Shown: piece by piece, positions 31,675-40,803 of the stretch
How the letters are laid out: every line of letters begins with the position of its first letter
Position numbering within the stretch: the first letter of the stretch is position 1
Source: an uncultured Candidatus Saccharibacteria bacterium
GTDB lineage: Bacteria; Patescibacteriota; Saccharimonadia; Saccharimonadales; Saccharimonadaceae
Length of the DNA stretch: 64,000 nucleotides
Reading direction: 5' to 3'
Assembly (NCBI GenBank): GCA_946538495.1
Contig: CAMNGP010000001.1
Coordinates: 121,156-185,155 of the forward strand
Program-made: the position numbers and the translations under genes
Notes under the pieces: model-generated
The model's database searches: none
Seen by the model: only the letters and a program-made list of their open reading frames with translations
Told to the model about the DNA's origin: nothing

Positions 31675-31766
31675 GTTGTGCATATTATAACATAATTTTA
31701 AATAAAAAATAATGCTTGCTTTTTTCTTTCAAAAAGGTTATGATAGATACATAAAAGAGGGAAAAA

Positions 31767-32630
31767 ATGCAAAGATCCGATATCCAGACAGCTAAGACCG
31801 CCCATCGTCGGGTGCGTGCTTCTACTACTTTAAATCGCAAGTATGTTAAGCAGCCGGCTAAGAGTGCTGATGTTTCTGTTTCCATCAAGAGATCACCAAA
31901 GATTAGTCATTTTAATACCACTACAACGGCACAAGTAGCAAGCTCTGCCGCTCAGCCAGTCAGAGAGCAAGTCGTGGCGCACCCTCTACAGGTTGCCGCT
32001 AATGACAGATTGCGTATTCGTAGGGCCGCCAGCACCAATAGTTTGCAGGCTCAAAGACCAACCGCTAAAGAGCTAAAGGATCAAGCAATCAGAAAGGCTC
32101 TTGCTGCCGCAGAAAAGACCGAACAGCCCACTGAAGTACAGTCTAAGAAAACTAAGAAAAAAATGCATTTTGGCTTTGGCAGAGTGATGCTAGCTTTGGG
32201 TTGCACCGCAGTGGCAGTTTTTGCGATAGTTTATTTCGTGAATCTTAACATGCCAGACGTTTCATTAAAAGTAGCGGCTATGCAAGTTGGCATCAATGCA
32301 TCTTATCCTAGCTATGTGCCAAGAGATTATAGCGTCTCTAGTATTAATTCTGGCAATGGCGAGATTACTATGTCTTTTTCAAACAGCAAAACCGGTGGTG
32401 CGTTTGATCTAATTGAAAAAAAGTCCTATTGGGATTCAAATGCACTTCTTTCTAATTATGTAAAAGAAAAATACGAAGAAAACTATACCGTAGTCAGAGA
32501 ACAGGGGATTACGATTTATATCAGCAACAGCGATGCGGCTTGGGTGAATGGTGGAATCGTCTACAAGATTATTAATAAGTCCGGTTCATTAACTAATAAA
32601 CAGATTAAATCAATTGTCGTTTCGCTATAG
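31767..32630 (+). CDS. Conserved hypothetical membrane protein (DUF4367-like C-terminus)
   Basis: Basic N-terminus, single TM, YPSYVP...AAWVNGG. Confidence 0.65.
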   Translation: MQRSDIQTAKTAHRRVRASTTLNRKYVKQPAKSADVSVSIKRSPKISHFNTTTTAQVASSAAQPVREQVVAHPLQVAANDRLRIRRAASTNSLQAQRPTAKELKDQAIRKALAAAEKTEQPTEVQSKKTKKKMHFGFGRVMLALGCTAVAVFAIVYFVNLNMPDVSLKVAAMQVGINASYPSYVPRDYSVSSINSGNGEITMSFSNSKTGGAFDLIEKKSYWDSNALLSNYVKEKYEENYTVVREQGITIYISNSDAAWVNGGIVYKIINKSGSLTNKQIKSIVVSL

Positions 32631-32631
32631 T

Positions 32632-34068
32632 TTAAATTGCTCTAGCTACCGCATTTAGCCTGGCTAGAGTTTTTTCTCGCCCCAAGACTTCCATAGTGAG
32701 ATTTAAGGCAGGACTAAATGGCGCGAAACTTATAGCAATACGAATGAGGCTGAATAGTTCCGCTGGCTTTTTACCAGTTTCCTGCAGCAGGTCATTTAGT
32801 GCGGATTGTAGGCTCCCTGCATCCCACTCCGCTATACTACTAAGTTTGCTGATAACAATTTTGAGTAGGCTCTCAAGCTCAGCTTCGGAGATTTTCTTGA
32901 GGAATTTATTATTGGTAATCAGGTCTAAATCGATTTCTGGATCGGCAAAGAAGTAGGCGGTCATTTCACGCAAATCAGAGAGAGTTTTAAGTCGATCATA
33001 AATAATTGAGAGGACTTTAAGTCTGTAGTCATCGCTAGCATCTTTTGCAACTTCGGGCCAAAAATTCTGTGTACGAGCATATAAGACTTTGGCGCCTTGC
33101 TCGTCAAAAATCCTACGAATCCACTGGCCATTCATCCATAGTAGCTTGGTTTCGTCGTAGCGAGCACCAGAACTTTGGATACGGTCAAGTGAAAAGTTTT
33201 TGATTAGTTCGTCCATGGTATAGATTTCTTGCTCAGTACCATCATTCCAACCCAAACAGGCAAGATAATTTAACATAGCCTCGGCGAGTACGCCATCATC
33301 GCGATATTCAGTGACGGATTTAGCACCATCACGCTTGCCGAGCTTCTTGTTGCCTTGTGGAGCCAGAATATGTGGCAAGGAAACGAGCTTTGGGCGAGTA
33401 AGGCCCAGGGCTTCATAAAGCGCAAGATAGTTTGGTGTACTGGATAAGTATTCTACACCGCGCATTACGTGAGTAACACCCATTTCAGCATCATCTACAA
33501 TGTGGGCAAAATTATAGGTCGGATAACCGTCCTTCTTGATGAGTATAATGTCGTCCAGGACTTCGGGGCCCGTATGCATATCGCCCATTACTTCGTCGTG
33601 CCAGCTATAAGACTTTGGCTCGGTTTTAAACCTTAGTGGAATGCCAGGTTGCCACTCCGGTGGATTATCGGGGCGGAAATTACGATAGAGAAAAGGAACT
33701 TTTTCCTGGCTGCATTTTTTGCGGTATTCGTCGATTTTCTCTGGCGGCGTAGGGTCGGCATAGGCACGTCCAGACTCAATGAGCTTGCGGGCGTAAGCGT
33801 GGTAGATTTCTTTACGTTCACTTTGGAAGTAGGGAACGTGCGGCCCGCCCACGATGGGACCCTCATCCCATTTTAAGCCTAACCATTCGAGCGTATCTTC
33901 GATAAGCTCTGTGGCACCTTCTACATAGCGTGCGCGATCAGTGTCTTCAATCCTTAGAATCATTTTGCCATTATTCTGGCGTGCAAGCAAATAAGGATAA
34001 ATCGCGGAGCGAACATTGCCAATATGAATATATCCAGTGGGGCTGGGTGCAAAACGTGTAACAATCAT
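32632..34068 (-). CDS. gltX: Glutamate-tRNA ligase
   Basis: RFAPSPTG-HIGN, RIEDTD, KLGKR. Confidence 0.97.
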   Translation of the reverse strand: MIVTRFAPSPTGYIHIGNVRSAIYPYLLARQNNGKMILRIEDTDRARYVEGATELIEDTLEWLGLKWDEGPIVGGPHVPYFQSERKEIYHAYARKLIESGRAYADPTPPEKIDEYRKKCSQEKVPFLYRNFRPDNPPEWQPGIPLRFKTEPKSYSWHDEVMGDMHTGPEVLDDIILIKKDGYPTYNFAHIVDDAEMGVTHVMRGVEYLSSTPNYLALYEALGLTRPKLVSLPHILAPQGNKKLGKRDGAKSVTEYRDDGVLAEAMLNYLACLGWNDGTEQEIYTMDELIKNFSLDRIQSSGARYDETKLLWMNGQWIRRIFDEQGAKVLYARTQNFWPEVAKDASDDYRLKVLSIIYDRLKTLSDLREMTAYFFADPEIDLDLITNNKFLKKISEAELESLLKIVISKLSSIAEWDAGSLQSALNDLLQETGKKPAELFSLIRIAISFAPFSPALNLTMEVLGREKTLARLNAVARAI

Positions 34069-34098
34069 GTTTATATTATATCACGAATAGCAAACCCC

Positions 34099-35025
34099 CT
34101 ATAACTCTTCTTCGTCTTCGTCGTCATCGTCGTCGCGCTTAGCGAGCACAAAGAAGAAGATACCGGAGGTAGCGGTTACGCCAGCTGTGATGGCTAGAGC
34201 AGTCGCAAGCATGGAACCATTGGAAATCTTAGCATAGGTGTCGTAGAGCTCACCCAATGGGTTAGGATTACAGCCTTCACCATAAAGACTACAGCGGTTA
34301 TCGCCATCAGTGACTTCTGAAGTGACAGTGTTCCCACTTACAGTAGAATATACGGTAGCACCATTAGATGAACCGCCTCTTGACGGATAATATGCCGAAA
34401 CATTGTATTGTTCTGGCGTAATAGGATCTACTGGGGTAATTGGGTTATCTGGACCAATTGCGCCTGAAACTACGCTAACTACCACAGTGCCGATATAAGT
34501 GCCCGACGGAGTGGAGGAATTGCCTTTGGCACCAAAGTAAAACGTCCTGTTGCCAGAAGAAGTATTGGATGCAAGAACTGTAATAGGTGTGGCATTGGAG
34601 GGGACCAAGGCGGCGTAATTACTGGTAGCTGAGCCAGCCGTAGTGTCGTCAAATGAATAGCCCCAATAATTAGCTGGGAAGCTACCGCGAGTCGAACCTG
34701 TAGTTAAAGTAGGAAGAGAATTCGATCCGCTTTTGAGCGCAGTCTCGGTGGTTTTCATAGTCATGGAGGCAGTAAAGCCAGCAGAATTATTAGTTTTCAC
34801 GCTGAGATTTACGGTGTTTCGCAAAAACTCATCCATATCGCCACTATTTTCGCTAGTGTCGACTCCGATGGAGACAGTGAGAGATTCTTTGACATTAACT
34901 TGAAAATTTGTATTAGCTTCTTCGACGTCAGCAGCAATGGCCGGCTTCGCGCCCATTAAAATAATTGTAAATACTGCCGCGATAAGAGGTATTTTGGTTA
35001 TGACCTTCAGTGTTTGTTTAACCAT
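34099..35025 (-). CDS. Surface protein with beta-rich domain, C-terminal TM and acidic tail
   Basis: Signal peptide; NNSAGFT, WGYS, SGTY motifs. Confidence 0.75.
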   Translation of the reverse strand: MVKQTLKVITKIPLIAAVFTIILMGAKPAIAADVEEANTNFQVNVKESLTVSIGVDTSENSGDMDEFLRNTVNLSVKTNNSAGFTASMTMKTTETALKSGSNSLPTLTTGSTRGSFPANYWGYSFDDTTAGSATSNYAALVPSNATPITVLASNTSSGNRTFYFGAKGNSSTPSGTYIGTVVVSVVSGAIGPDNPITPVDPITPEQYNVSAYYPSRGGSSNGATVYSTVSGNTVTSEVTDGDNRCSLYGEGCNPNPLGELYDTYAKISNGSMLATALAITAGVTATSGIFFFVLAKRDDDDDEDEEEL

Positions 35026-35128
35026 AATCACATTATAACACATAGTTTTTATTTTTGTGTTAAAATTATTATAAATTTTAGCATAATTTTTATAAAAAAG
35101 TACTTAACAGATACAAGTGGAGCAAATA

Positions 35129-36367
35129 ATGGAAGCAAAAAACGATATCGAGACTCCAAAAAGCGAGGAAGCAGCAAAGAAGAATCCTGCGAAGGAATTA
35201 TCAAAGCTACAAAAGCCTAAAAAAGCCTGGTTAGTTTTTTTGATAACCGGTATTATTACCCTGTGCGGCGGTGTCGCTTGCCTGCTTTATACATTTTTAA
35301 GACCCCAGGAAGAAATTGCTTCTTTGACTTTCCCTAAAATTCCAGCAGCTAGCGATGGCAATGAAATCTTCAGTGACCTAACTGGAATGCCAATAGATGC
35401 TTCACTCAAAAATGCTCCAGCTTATTGTGTTCAGACCCCAAATGGCGTAGATGGAGCAAGACCGCAGTCTGGTTTGACCGATGCTGGAGTAATCTTTGAA
35501 GCAATCGCCGAAGCCGGAATTACGCGCTTCGCGGCAATTTACCAGAATCCCACACCTGCCGTAATTGGGCCAATCCGCTCGCTGAGACTATACTATCTTG
35601 AATGGGATACGCCATTTGATTGTACGATTGTCCATGCGGGTGGCGCCGATGACGCCCTGCGTGCGGTATCTGCTGGCGGCTATTCTGATTTAACCGAAAA
35701 CTATTCTTATATGTATCGCGGTACTTATCGTACGCGACTATGGAACAATCTCTTCACGACTCCAGCGAATTTGGCAAGGTTTAGCCAGAATACGGGCAAG
35801 ACTACTTCAAATATACAAGGTTTCGCCAGAATGACGCCAGAAGAATCGAGAAAATCACTCGTCAATAATTTGGTGGCAGAAAAGCTTGAGATTACTACCC
35901 CCACAAGCAAGGATACGTCAAAACTTGAAGCTAAGGTAAGCGAAATCGGTTTAAGGTTCGGCGGATCACCAACTTTTAATGTTAACTATATATACAATGC
36001 CGAAAACAACACCTACGTACGCAACTTTGGCATTGGGCCGCACGAGGTTTATATGTGTACTGGCGAGGATTTGGGCGAGAAAAACCCCGAGGATGTCTGT
36101 AGTTTAACCACTTTATCGCCTAGCGTGGTAGTTGCAATGGTGGTTTCTGAACATCGCGCCTCGGATAACTATCACGAGGATATTACGACGCTCGGCTCTG
36201 GCGACGCTTATGTCTTCCAAAATGGCACAGCGGTACGTGGCACTTGGAATAAACCAACGCGGGCAGATCAGATAAAATTCTTGGATACAGAAGGGAACGA
36301 AATTAAGCTTGCGCCTGGTCAGACAATTGTTTCTGCAATTCCGCAATATGGTGGCATTGATTATTAA
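35129..36367 (+). CDS. DUF3048-domain protein
   Basis: ARPQSGL, EAGITRF, GPIRSLR, VHAGG, LAPGQT. Confidence 0.85.
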   Translation: MEAKNDIETPKSEEAAKKNPAKELSKLQKPKKAWLVFLITGIITLCGGVACLLYTFLRPQEEIASLTFPKIPAASDGNEIFSDLTGMPIDASLKNAPAYCVQTPNGVDGARPQSGLTDAGVIFEAIAEAGITRFAAIYQNPTPAVIGPIRSLRLYYLEWDTPFDCTIVHAGGADDALRAVSAGGYSDLTENYSYMYRGTYRTRLWNNLFTTPANLARFSQNTGKTTSNIQGFARMTPEESRKSLVNNLVAEKLEITTPTSKDTSKLEAKVSEIGLRFGGSPTFNVNYIYNAENNTYVRNFGIGPHEVYMCTGEDLGEKNPEDVCSLTTLSPSVVVAMVVSEHRASDNYHEDITTLGSGDAYVFQNGTAVRGTWNKPTRADQIKFLDTEGNEIKLAPGQTIVSAIPQYGGIDY

Positions 36368-36395
36368 GCTAACTTATGTTAGAATAATGGTAAGT

Positions 36396-36472
36396 GGTTC
36401 CGTCGTCTAGTGGTCTAGGACGTCTGGTTCTCATCCAGAAAATCGCGGGTTCGACTCCCGCCGGAATCACCA
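36396..36472 (+). tRNA. tRNA-Glu(CTC)
   Basis: GGTTCCG/CGGAATC acceptor, TT-CTC-AT loop, GGTTCGACTCC, CCA. Confidence 0.95.
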
Positions 36473-36497
36473 AAAGAAAGAAGAGCTCCGAAGGAGC

Positions 36498-36995
36498 TTA
36501 TTTTTTTGCCCGTTTCAATAGTTCGCTAACATATTTAGACTTCAAACTTTTATATTCTTCGCGGTTGTATTTAGTATCCTTAGCAAATTCATTTTTCTTC
36601 TCAAAATAGCGACTAGCCTCTCCGGGATTCCCAAGTAGATAGTCCCTTATCAAGATAAAATTCTGATATTCTTCGCTGTCTTTAAGACATAGGTGAATAT
36701 GAAAATCACCTTCACTGGTTTCCTCCTCACTGGAAGCCAGGAATATTCTGTTCGGATGATTATTGAACCCAGCAAAGTATCCGTTTTCCATAAGAATATT
36801 TTTGATTTTTTCGATTTGAGACTGTTGTTTAACGCCAATCAAAATATCAATGATGTTTTTACCACCAATGCCTACTGCCGTACTGCCTATGTGCTCAATT
36901 GTCGGTTCTTCACCAATCAATGTCTTTAGGCGATCTTTTTCTTGATCAAATTGACGCTTAAGATTTTTCGAATAATTACCAATTGATAAAACCAT
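36498..36995 (-). CDS. GrpB/UPF0157-family nucleotidyltransferase-like protein
   Basis: IEHIGSTAV, KNIIDI, HIHL, RDYL, Y...K. Confidence 0.9.
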   Translation of the reverse strand: MVLSIGNYSKNLKRQFDQEKDRLKTLIGEEPTIEHIGSTAVGIGGKNIIDILIGVKQQSQIEKIKNILMENGYFAGFNNHPNRIFLASSEEETSEGDFHIHLCLKDSEEYQNFILIRDYLLGNPGEASRYFEKKNEFAKDTKYNREEYKSLKSKYVSELLKRAKK

Positions 36996-37017
36996 ATTAT
37001 TATTATATAATATTGTT

Positions 37018-38379
37018 ATGAAAAAGTTACCAATTGTTGCTTTGATCGGTCAGACAAATGCTGGAAAATCTAGCCTTCTTAATCGTATGGCCCGTAAAAA
37101 TATCGCGATTGTGGCGCGTGAGGAGGGCACAACGCGCGATAATGTAATGGCTACAATTGATAATTCTTTTATGTTGATTGACACCGCTGGACTTAAAGAT
37201 CCGTCTGACGATTTTGAGGCTTCTATTCAGGATCAGATTGAAGACGCAATTGATGCTGCCGATGCGATTTTGGTTACGCTTGATGCGGCTAAATATCCGG
37301 ATTATCGTGATAAGGAAATCGCAAAAAAAGCCTTAAAATCACGAAAACCGGTGCTTCTAGTACTAAATAAGTCGGATCTAGGCGAGGCGCTTGCTTCAGA
37401 AGAATTTTTATCTCTCGGCATTAAGCCGACTGAGACTATCCGTACTTCAGCTACTACTGGGCAGGGTATTAATGAGCTCAAACGCAGGGTTTTTTCTTCG
37501 CTAGAGACCGTGCCCCGGACGGCTTACGAGCCGTCCGAAGAGAGCGAGCCCCGTAACGACGGGCGCGAGCGAACGTGGTCGAAAGCGGAGAAAAACCCTG
37601 CATTAAAACTCGCCTTAATCGGACGCCCAAACGTAGGTAAGAGCAGTTTGTTTAATTCTCTAGCCAAAAAGCAACAAGCGATTGTAAGTTCAAGACAGGG
37701 AACCACCAGGGACGTAAACCGTGTTATCGTTAAATATAAAGGGCGAGATTTAGAAATCTTAGACACAGCCGGACTACGCAAGCCTGGCAAACGCGAAGTG
37801 GGAATTGAAAAATTCTCCGCCATTAGAAGTTTGGCGGCAATAGAAGAGTCTGACATTTGCGCTCTCCTAGTGGATGCCACCGAGCCGCATTCCAAGCTAG
37901 ACCAATCTTTGGCCGGGCAGATTGTGGAGGCCGGCAAAGGTATTATTATCGTTTTGACAAAAGCCGATTTAGTAGAAAATACCGACGAGATATTGGATAA
38001 GTTAGAGCAGGATTTTGATTTCTTACCCTTTGCGCCAGTCTTAATCACCAGTTCAGAAACTGGGCAAAATGTTACCAAATTATTTGAATTAGCCACCGAG
38101 GTAGAGCAAAATCGTCACTTAGAAATTAAAACTTCGGAGCTGAATAAGATTTTAAACGATGCAATTATGTCCCATGCGCCAGCTGGGCTTAAAAACACTC
38201 ATCCGAAGCCAAAGTATATCGTACAAACTGACACATGCCCGCCGTGGTTTGTGGTGCATGGCCATGAACTAGAACTGTTGCATTGGTCTTGGAAGAGGTT
38301 TTTGGAACGCAAAATCCGCGAAAAGTATCCTTTTGTAGGCACGCCAATTATGTTTTCATTTAGAAACGACAAAAAATAA
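37018..38379 (+). CDS. der: Ribosome biogenesis GTPase Der, with palindromic insert in the GD1-GD2 linker
   Basis: Two GTPase domains (GQTNAGKS, GRPNVGKS, DTAG x2) and KH-like tail FVGTPI. Confidence 0.97.
   Translation: MKKLPIVALIGQTNAGKSSLLNRMARKNIAIVAREEGTTRDNVMATIDNSFMLIDTAGLKDPSDDFEASIQDQIEDAIDAADAILVTLDAAKYPDYRDKEIAKKALKSRKPVLLVLNKSDLGEALASEEFLSLGIKPTETIRTSATTGQGINELKRRVFSSLETVPRTAYEPSEESEPRNDGRERTWSKAEKNPALKLALIGRPNVGKSSLFNSLAKKQQAIVSSRQGTTRDVNRVIVKYKGRDLEILDTAGLRKPGKREVGIEKFSAIRSLAAIEESDICALLVDATEPHSKLDQSLAGQIVEAGKGIIIVLTKADLVENTDEILDKLEQDFDFLPFAPVLITSSETGQNVTKLFELATEVEQNRHLEIKTSELNKILNDAIMSHAPAGLKNTHPKPKYIVQTDTCPPWFVVHGHELELLHWSWKRFLERKIREKYPFVGTPIMFSFRNDKK
37484..37601. repeat. Palindromic element read in-frame within der
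   Basis: Arms gcagggttttttcttcgct / agcggagaaaaaccctgc; inner hairpins cggacggct-tacg-agccgtccg and cccgt-aacg-acggg. Confidence 0.85.
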
Positions 38380-38460
38380 AAAACATGTTATAATATAGTT
38401 AGGTGGGAGTATATATTTATACTCCTTTTTCGTATACCCGTACATTAAAAGGAGGATGTT

Positions 38461-40074
38461 ATGTCTGACGAACGCCCTATTTACGTAGTAGATACGAATG
38501 TCATCGTGGATTATGTCGACATCATTCCCGGCGACGGCAATAGCCAGCCCGAGGAACCGACGGTCGACCTTTCACACGCACACATCGTGATTCCTACCGT
38601 AGTAATCAGGGAACTTTCCAAGTTCAAGAGTGAGAAGTCCGACCGCGGCAAGTCGGCAAGAACGGCGCTGAGGCGGATTCGCAAGATTATCGAGAGCGAA
38701 ATGCACAGCGTCAAGGACAACTACGAGTTAAAGCGCCCGATTTTGGTACCTGGCAGCGATCAGCTGCTCTCGGTGCTACCGGTGCACAAGAACTTCAAGC
38801 ACATCTTGCCATTTTGTCCTTCTGAGGACGACATGGACGGTCAGATCATCTTGGCCACGCTGGCAATCATTTTCTTAAAAGAAGGGAGAGCAATCGACGG
38901 TAGCCAGTGCGGTGAGCTTAGCCATGTTTTTGCCAATACCAATGTCACGCTTCTTACCAACGACAACGGTTTGGCGATCCGAGCAAGGGAAAGGGGGATC
39001 GAGACTCAGCGTTATGGGTATAAATACCCAGAGCCGTACACGGGGCGCCGCAATGTGGTTGTCCCTAAGGAACTGTTCGACAAGTTTTACAAAGTACGGA
39101 GGATCGAACTGGACGAATGGCAGCTTTATATGCCTGGCCAGTCTAGGTTGATTGCGAATGAGTTTATCGTGATGAGCCTGGAAAACGATCTTGACTATCC
39201 GTACGATTTCAATCCAAACCACGACCCGTACTTCAGTAATATTGGACGCTACGACGTAACCGAAAACGCCATCGTGCAGCTTAGGTATGTGCAGGATTTT
39301 CCGGTTCAACTTCACAACGCTGGGCAGGCAATTTATGCCGAAGCGTTGATGGATCGGAATATTTCGGCCGTTATCTGCACGGGGCCGGCTGGTTCCGGCA
39401 AGACCTATATGGCCACGGTGTATGGCTATCAGGCTTGCAAGGACGGAGAATACATCGGCGTTACGGTGGTACCGTGCGACTCTCAGAGTAAGCTGGGTGC
39501 ACTTCCTGGTGACCTCGACGAGAAGATGGACCCCGATGTGCAGCCGCTCAAAAACGCCCTGCGTAATTTCTTGTTGAACGAAGACAAGAAGTTTAAGAGC
39601 GAGCTGGAGAAGCTTAAGAAGTTCGGCACCGACAGGAAAAAGCAACCTAGGAGCCCGAACGGCGAAGACAATGCCGAAAAACGTTCCATTAAGGCATGTC
39701 TGAAGGATCGTGTGGATTTAATCTTTGAGAACTGGTTTACCATCGTTCCCATCGACCATGCACGCGGGCGCGATTTTGCCTACGAGCTGGCCATCTATGA
39801 TGAATTCCAGGATCAAAACGTCAGCCAGGCTGACACCTTGATTAAGCGTCTTGGCGCTGAAGGCAAGATTGTCATTACTGGCGACGTGGAGCAAATCCAC
39901 GCTCCTTACATCGACGCTTCGAGCAATGGTCTCGTGTACGCTTCTAGACAGCTGATGGATAGCGAAATGGTGGCTCAAGTCTGCTTCACCGAAGAGGAAG
40001 TGATTCGTCACCCGCTGGTCAAGATGATTGCAATGCGTCAGAAAGACAAGAAGATGACTCATCGAACGAGCTAG
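38461..40074 (+). CDS. PIN-PhoH fusion (PhoH2/YlaK-like), GC-rich
   Basis: YVVDTNV PIN start; GPAGSGKT, RGR, DEFQ, GDVEQ. Confidence 0.9.
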   Translation: MSDERPIYVVDTNVIVDYVDIIPGDGNSQPEEPTVDLSHAHIVIPTVVIRELSKFKSEKSDRGKSARTALRRIRKIIESEMHSVKDNYELKRPILVPGSDQLLSVLPVHKNFKHILPFCPSEDDMDGQIILATLAIIFLKEGRAIDGSQCGELSHVFANTNVTLLTNDNGLAIRARERGIETQRYGYKYPEPYTGRRNVVVPKELFDKFYKVRRIELDEWQLYMPGQSRLIANEFIVMSLENDLDYPYDFNPNHDPYFSNIGRYDVTENAIVQLRYVQDFPVQLHNAGQAIYAEALMDRNISAVICTGPAGSGKTYMATVYGYQACKDGEYIGVTVVPCDSQSKLGALPGDLDEKMDPDVQPLKNALRNFLLNEDKKFKSELEKLKKFGTDRKKQPRSPNGEDNAEKRSIKACLKDRVDLIFENWFTIVPIDHARGRDFAYELAIYDEFQDQNVSQADTLIKRLGAEGKIVITGDVEQIHAPYIDASSNGLVYASRQLMDSEMVAQVCFTEEEVIRHPLVKMIAMRQKDKKMTHRTS

Positions 40075-40093
40075 CTCCTCCTACTGGCACCTT

Positions 40094-40124
40094 AGAATAC
40101 CCCGCGCGTTTTGCGGGGTATTCT
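40094..40124 (+). terminator. Terminator of the PIN-PhoH gene
   Basis: agaataccccgc / gcggggtattct. Confidence 0.8.
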
Positions 40125-40134
40125 TATTACAGAT

Positions 40135-40233
40135 AGGGCAGAGAAATTTTTAAACGTGCCCTGCGGGCACGTTCCGGGCCACTCGGGCCAAGTCTTTATG
40201 TCCCGCAAGACAGATTAAAAATTTCTCTGCCCT
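40135..40233. mobile_element. 99-bp intergenic MITE-like palindromic element with perfect 19-bp terminal inverted repeats
   Basis: agggcagagaaatttttaa ... ttaaaaatttctctgccct; inner aacgtgccc-tgc-gggcacgtt; reverse complement aligns with the topA insert. Confidence 0.85.
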
Positions 40234-40249
40234 GTGCTATAATGATGCC

Positions 40250-40762
40250 ATGAAATTAGTTGTAGGATTGGGCAATCCTGGAGATAGATATAGTTTTACA
40301 CGGCACAATATTGGCTTTCTGGCACTTGATTTTTATTTTGAGCTTAATCATCTTAATTGGAGCGAAAAACCGCGCCTAGGCGCCTTGTGGGGCCGCACAG
40401 ACGATATCATTTTTATTAAGCCACAAGAATTCTACAATGAAACTGGTGCAGTAGTACAGAGGTATGCTCATTTTTATAAGATAGCGCCCTCTGATATTTT
40501 GGTAATCTGTGATAATTTTGATCTAGAATTTGGCAAGGTAAGATTTCGCAACTTAGGCGCAGCAGGAGGAAATAATGGCCTAAAGTCGATTGATGCTGCC
40601 CTAGGAACTTCAGAATATCCACGCATCAGAGTAGGAACAGGGAATGATGATCTCCGCGCTAAGATGGGAGATATTGATTTTGTATTATCTAAATTCACTC
40701 CTGAGGAAAAGGCACAGCTCCCCAAAATTCTACGAGAGGTGTATGCTAAAATTGATTGTTAA
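40250..40762 (+). CDS. pth: Peptidyl-tRNA hydrolase
   Basis: VGLGNPG, TRHNIGF, GGNNGLKS, RIRVG, FVLSKF. Confidence 0.95.
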   Translation: MKLVVGLGNPGDRYSFTRHNIGFLALDFYFELNHLNWSEKPRLGALWGRTDDIIFIKPQEFYNETGAVVQRYAHFYKIAPSDILVICDNFDLEFGKVRFRNLGAAGGNNGLKSIDAALGTSEYPRIRVGTGNDDLRAKMGDIDFVLSKFTPEEKAQLPKILREVYAKIDC

Positions 40763-40803
40763 AACATCATTTTAAACAGCAACACTACACGGTAATGCGA
40801 TAC

